Shown here: one piece after another, positions 60,880 to 64,000 of the stretch | How positions within the stretch are numbered: position 1 is the first letter of the stretch | How the letters are laid out: each line of letters begins with the position of its first letter | DNA from: Nitrosopumilaceae archaeon | Lineage (GTDB): Archaea; Thermoproteota; Nitrososphaeria; Nitrososphaerales; Nitrosopumilaceae | Assembly (NCBI GenBank): GCA_965209085.1 | Contig: OZ242376.1 | Span: 1,056,001 to 1,120,000 of the forward strand | Direction: 5' to 3' | DNA length: 64,000 nt | Translations under genes and position numbers: made by a program | Notes under the pieces: generated by a model | Databases searched by the model: none | Seen by the model: the letters and a program-made list of their open reading frames with translations, nothing else | What the model was told of the DNA's origin: nothing

Positions 60880-62037
60880 TTAGTCAAAACGTATATTTGA
60901 CAAATTTTTTACAGCGTTTAAGACATGTTTTATGAGATAATCTATCTCATCATCAGTGTTAAATCGCCCCATTCCAATTCTGATCGCCAAATGAGAATCT
61001 TCCTCACCCATCCCCAATGCAAGGAGTACGTGGGAGGGTTCGACGGATTGTGTAGTGCATGCAGAGCCGGCAGAAATTGCAATTTTTTTGTTGATAGTAT
61101 TGATTATAGCTTTTCCGTCAATTCCAGGAAAAATAACGTTGATGTTATGCAAGAGTCTGTTATTAGGAGGTCCATTTAATTTTGCTCCAAATTTTTGAAA
61201 TGATTTCATAATATTTTTAAACCATTTTCCAAATCTAATGTTTTCTTCATGCATCTCATTAATAGCAATTTCGATCGCTTTGCCAAATCCTACGATAGCT
61301 GGAACGTTAAGAGTTCCAGAACGCATATTCCGTTCTTGACCACCTCCACGTAGAATTGGATCTGGTTTAACTCTAGGTTTTATACCCCGTACATACAAAG
61401 CTCCAATTCCTTTAGGACCATACATTTTATGAGCTGAAAACGACATTAAGTCAATATTCATTGCTTGTACGTCAATTGGAATATGGCCTACAGCTTGGGC
61501 TGCATCTGTATGGAAAATAATATTCTTTTCGTGTGCTATTTTTCCAATTTTTTCGACATCGGCAATTGTTCCAATTTCATTATTGGCTGCCATGATAGAT
61601 ATCATTACAGTTTTATCTGTAATTGAATTTGATAATTCATTCAGATCTATTTCCCCGTATTTATTTACAGGTAAATACGTAATTTTTTTACTCAAAGTTT
61701 CCAAATATTTGGCAACATCTAATATTGCATCATGTTCAGTAACACAAGTAATTAGATGATTTCCACGGTCGGCATATTTTTGCATGGTTCCTACTAATGC
61801 CAGATTATTTGATTCTGTTGCGCCACTGGTAAATATAATTTCATCATATTGTGCGCCAATTGATTTTGCAATTTTCTCTCGTGCAGATTTTACAGCTATA
61901 GATGCTTCATTTCCAAAAGAGTGATCTGTGCTAGACGCATTGCCAAATTTTGTTGTAAAATAAGGCATCATTTCTTCCAATACACGGTTATCCAAAGGTG
62001 TAGTTGCATGATGGTCAAGGTATATTGGAAACTTCAT
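60880..62037 (-). CDS. dndA: Cysteine desulfurase DndA
   Basis: YLDHHATTP, DAAQAVG, SAHKMYGPKG and SAGSAC motifs; start overlaps the dndE stop (ATGA). Confidence 0.87.
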   Translation of the reverse strand: MKFPIYLDHHATTPLDNRVLEEMMPYFTTKFGNASSTDHSFGNEASIAVKSAREKIAKSIGAQYDEIIFTSGATESNNLALVGTMQKYADRGNHLITCVTEHDAILDVAKYLETLSKKITYLPVNKYGEIDLNELSNSITDKTVMISIMAANNEIGTIADVEKIGKIAHEKNIIFHTDAAQAVGHIPIDVQAMNIDLMSFSAHKMYGPKGIGALYVRGIKPRVKPDPILRGGGQERNMRSGTLNVPAIVGFGKAIEIAINEMHEENIRFGKWFKNIMKSFQKFGAKLNGPPNNRLLHNINVIFPGIDGKAIINTINKKIAISAGSACTTQSVEPSHVLLALGMGEEDSHLAIRIGMGRFNTDDEIDYLIKHVLNAVKNLSNIRFD

Positions 62038-62429
62038 GTTTGTACTGCTCTTTCTTGCTGGATAACATAAGCAAAATCAGATATTTTATGTATTCTTGCA
62101 AATAATGCTATTGCTCCACGATTAAAATGAGCCCGGACCATTTTATTTAAATATTTTTGTGGATCTAACCCTTCACGTTTTAATCTTTGAACCATTAATG
62201 CCATAAATACATCTTCGTATTCTCCAAACATGACAGATGGATGTATTTCAGAACCTTTTTCATCAAATTCTTCTGGATTTGGAGGGGATGGATCATTAAG
62301 TGACATACATATTGCAAATCTACCAACAATATTTGGAGTAAGACCAGTTCTTGATTTAATCTGGGCAAGTAGGTTTTGTGAACGATAGCTCATTCGTAAT
62401 CTGTTAAACCGTAACAATTTTTTCTCCAT
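62034..62429 (-). CDS. dndE: DNA sulfur modification protein DndE
   Basis: L..K.RTGLTPNI..RFA.C.SL, FGEY and H..RG motifs; directly downstream of dndD. Confidence 0.88.
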   Translation of the reverse strand: MEKKLLRFNRLRMSYRSQNLLAQIKSRTGLTPNIVGRFAICMSLNDPSPPNPEEFDEKGSEIHPSVMFGEYEDVFMALMVQRLKREGLDPQKYLNKMVRAHFNRGAIALFARIHKISDFAYVIQQERAVQT

Positions 62430-64000
62430 CGTTATTCCAGAAATAGCCTTCATATCCTTTCGTAGAACCCTCATCTTCTGAATATTTTATGATGTAGGAT
62501 CTTGTCATGTATGGTTTTAATTTTTTATAATATTGATGTTTTATTTCTTCATCGGTTGAAAATATCAAAATTTGATGTGACACGATGGGAAAGAATGTTT
62601 CAACTAGATTATTTCGGTGATTGCTGTCTAGCCTAGCAAGAGGCGTGTCGATCATAAATGGTAAAGGTCTCCCAGAAGTTTTAGCGAGTGCCCAAAGTAC
62701 AGCAGTTGCAAGCATTTGTTTTTCTCCTTCTGATAAAAGATCCCTTGGAAAAGGTTCACCATTTTTTCGGAATAATTGAATTTCAAATGTTTGTGGATTG
62801 ATTTTTGTATTTATAAAATCGTTTTTGTGCATTAATGTTTGAAGTCCTTCTAATAGATATTCTTCAAGTAGATGAATTTTCCTTACAGTTATTTTTTCAA
62901 CAAATTCCTCTAAAACTTTTTGGACATTTTGTGTTAATTTTACACCATGCTTTGTTTTTTCTGTTTTGTAAATCTTAGAAACAATGTCTCTAAGTTTTGA
63001 ATCTAAATGTTGGCGTAAGGCTTTGTTAGTGGTAATTTGTTCTTCAATATGATCAATTTCAGATTGTAATGCTCCTTGTTCGGAACGTGTATTACCAAGT
63101 TTAGACATCAATGGACCGATTTCGTCGTCTGCAGGAGCACTGGCAATTGTCATCTGAAGTTTTTCAATGTCACCATCAACCTGAATTATTTTATCTGTAT
63201 CTTTGTTTAAAATCGAGTGAGTTACAGTATTAGCTTTTTTAGCAATATCCAAAATTCTCATCATTTGTTTTGTTGAAAATCCAAATATGAGTTTTTTAGA
63301 ATTAACAGAATGTTGTATATGATCTTTAAATATTTTATTCAATGTTGCCATCATGTTAGACGCTGATTTTGAGTCAATGCCAGCATCTCGCCATAATTTT
63401 TGTTCATTAATCTGATTTTTGAGTATATCAATTTTTGATTCCATTATTGTCCGGCCAAATTGTTCCTGTTGGATAGATTCATCAATTTCCAAATGTTTTA
63501 CCAATATTTTCATTTCGTTAGGAATTAAAGTAAATGGAAGTACGTCATCACATAAATTATGAATTCTTTGTCGTATGCTTTCACGGATAATTTCTTTTTT
63601 AGCTAATTTTGCTTTTAATTCATCCCTATTACTAACAAAGTCTCCACCAATTTTTGATATTTGTGTTTCAAGCATGTCTATGTCCATGTTTAATGAATCC
63701 ATGTTTGTTTGTTTTTGGGCAAGGCGTTCTTGTAATTTTATAGTTATCTGAATGCTGTCATCCTTTTCACTCTTGAATTTATCAAATTCTTGTTGCAAAT
63801 ATTTAGTACCTTTAATGAGATTACGCATTAGGTTTACTTGCAGATCTGTATTTAATTGTTCAATTATATCTATGCCCAAAAGAGATTTGAATGATTCTTT
63901 AATTGTGAGATTTTCTGAGCCTTCTTTAGCAATATTCACAATTTTTTCTCCATCAAAAAAGAATAGTTTGATTATTCCCTTTGGAATTAGATCTTCAATA
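62404..64000 (-). CDS. dndD: DNA sulfur modification ATPase DndD (5' end outside the window)
   Basis: LFFFDGEKI, long coiled coil, LSEGEKQ, LWALA..SGRPLP..IDTPLARLDS.HR and SHQILI.STD.E motifs. Confidence 0.92.
   Translation of the reverse strand, partial: IEDLIPKGIIKLFFFDGEKIVNIAKEGSENLTIKESFKSLLGIDIIEQLNTDLQVNLMRNLIKGTKYLQQEFDKFKSEKDDSIQITIKLQERLAQKQTNMDSLNMDIDMLETQISKIGGDFVSNRDELKAKLAKKEIIRESIRQRIHNLCDDVLPFTLIPNEMKILVKHLEIDESIQQEQFGRTIMESKIDILKNQINEQKLWRDAGIDSKSASNMMATLNKIFKDHIQHSVNSKKLIFGFSTKQMMRILDIAKKANTVTHSILNKDTDKIIQVDGDIEKLQMTIASAPADDEIGPLMSKLGNTRSEQGALQSEIDHIEEQITTNKALRQHLDSKLRDIVSKIYKTEKTKHGVKLTQNVQKVLEEFVEKITVRKIHLLEEYLLEGLQTLMHKNDFINTKINPQTFEIQLFRKNGEPFPRDLLSEGEKQMLATAVLWALAKTSGRPLPFMIDTPLARLDSNHRNNLVETFFPIVSHQILIFSTDEEIKHQYYKKLKPYMTRSYIIKYSEDEGSTKGYEGYFWNNDGEKIVTV

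Larger units (their letters stand above)
51684..64000. mobile_element. Integrative genomic/defence island (continues beyond the window)
   Basis: Integrase at the boundary, putative att site, visibly higher AT content than flanking housekeeping genes, defence-type cargo. Confidence 0.75.

Noticed and set aside
60880-62037. Housekeeping IscS
   Set aside because: AT-rich, island-borne, translationally coupled to dndE and without iscU, so DndA is the better call.

Overview
Archaeal DNA, most consistent with an ammonia-oxidising thaumarchaeote (Nitrosopumilaceae/Cenarchaeum-like). The basis is S30e, S8e, SRP19, Gar1, TFB, Nop5/fibrillarin, class I LysRS, CofG/CofH, PAC2 and Elp3. Positions 1 to about 51.4 kb are mostly housekeeping genes interrupted by many IS elements and relics (IS5, IS630, IS66, a small palindromic MITE). 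This part also has tandem-repeat expansions in three nucleic-acid-related proteins and a degenerate tRNA-like gene at 38.1 kb. From about 51.7 kb to the window end lies an AT-rich island with a tyrosine integrase next to a probable tRNA-derived att site. It carries a DNA phosphorothioation module (dndD-dndE-dndA; dndC is presumably beyond the window edge). In this window the module is followed not by the known dndFGH or pbeABCD effectors but by a translationally coupled four-gene block: ParB-like protein, HTH-type protein, MBL/beta-CASP nuclease and ApeA-like HEPN protein. The HEPN gene is split by an IS5-family element whose removal restores the reading frame. This Dnd + ParB/HTH/MBL/HEPN arrangement is the best candidate for an undescribed defence system. 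All family calls come from motif recognition; no database searches were run.
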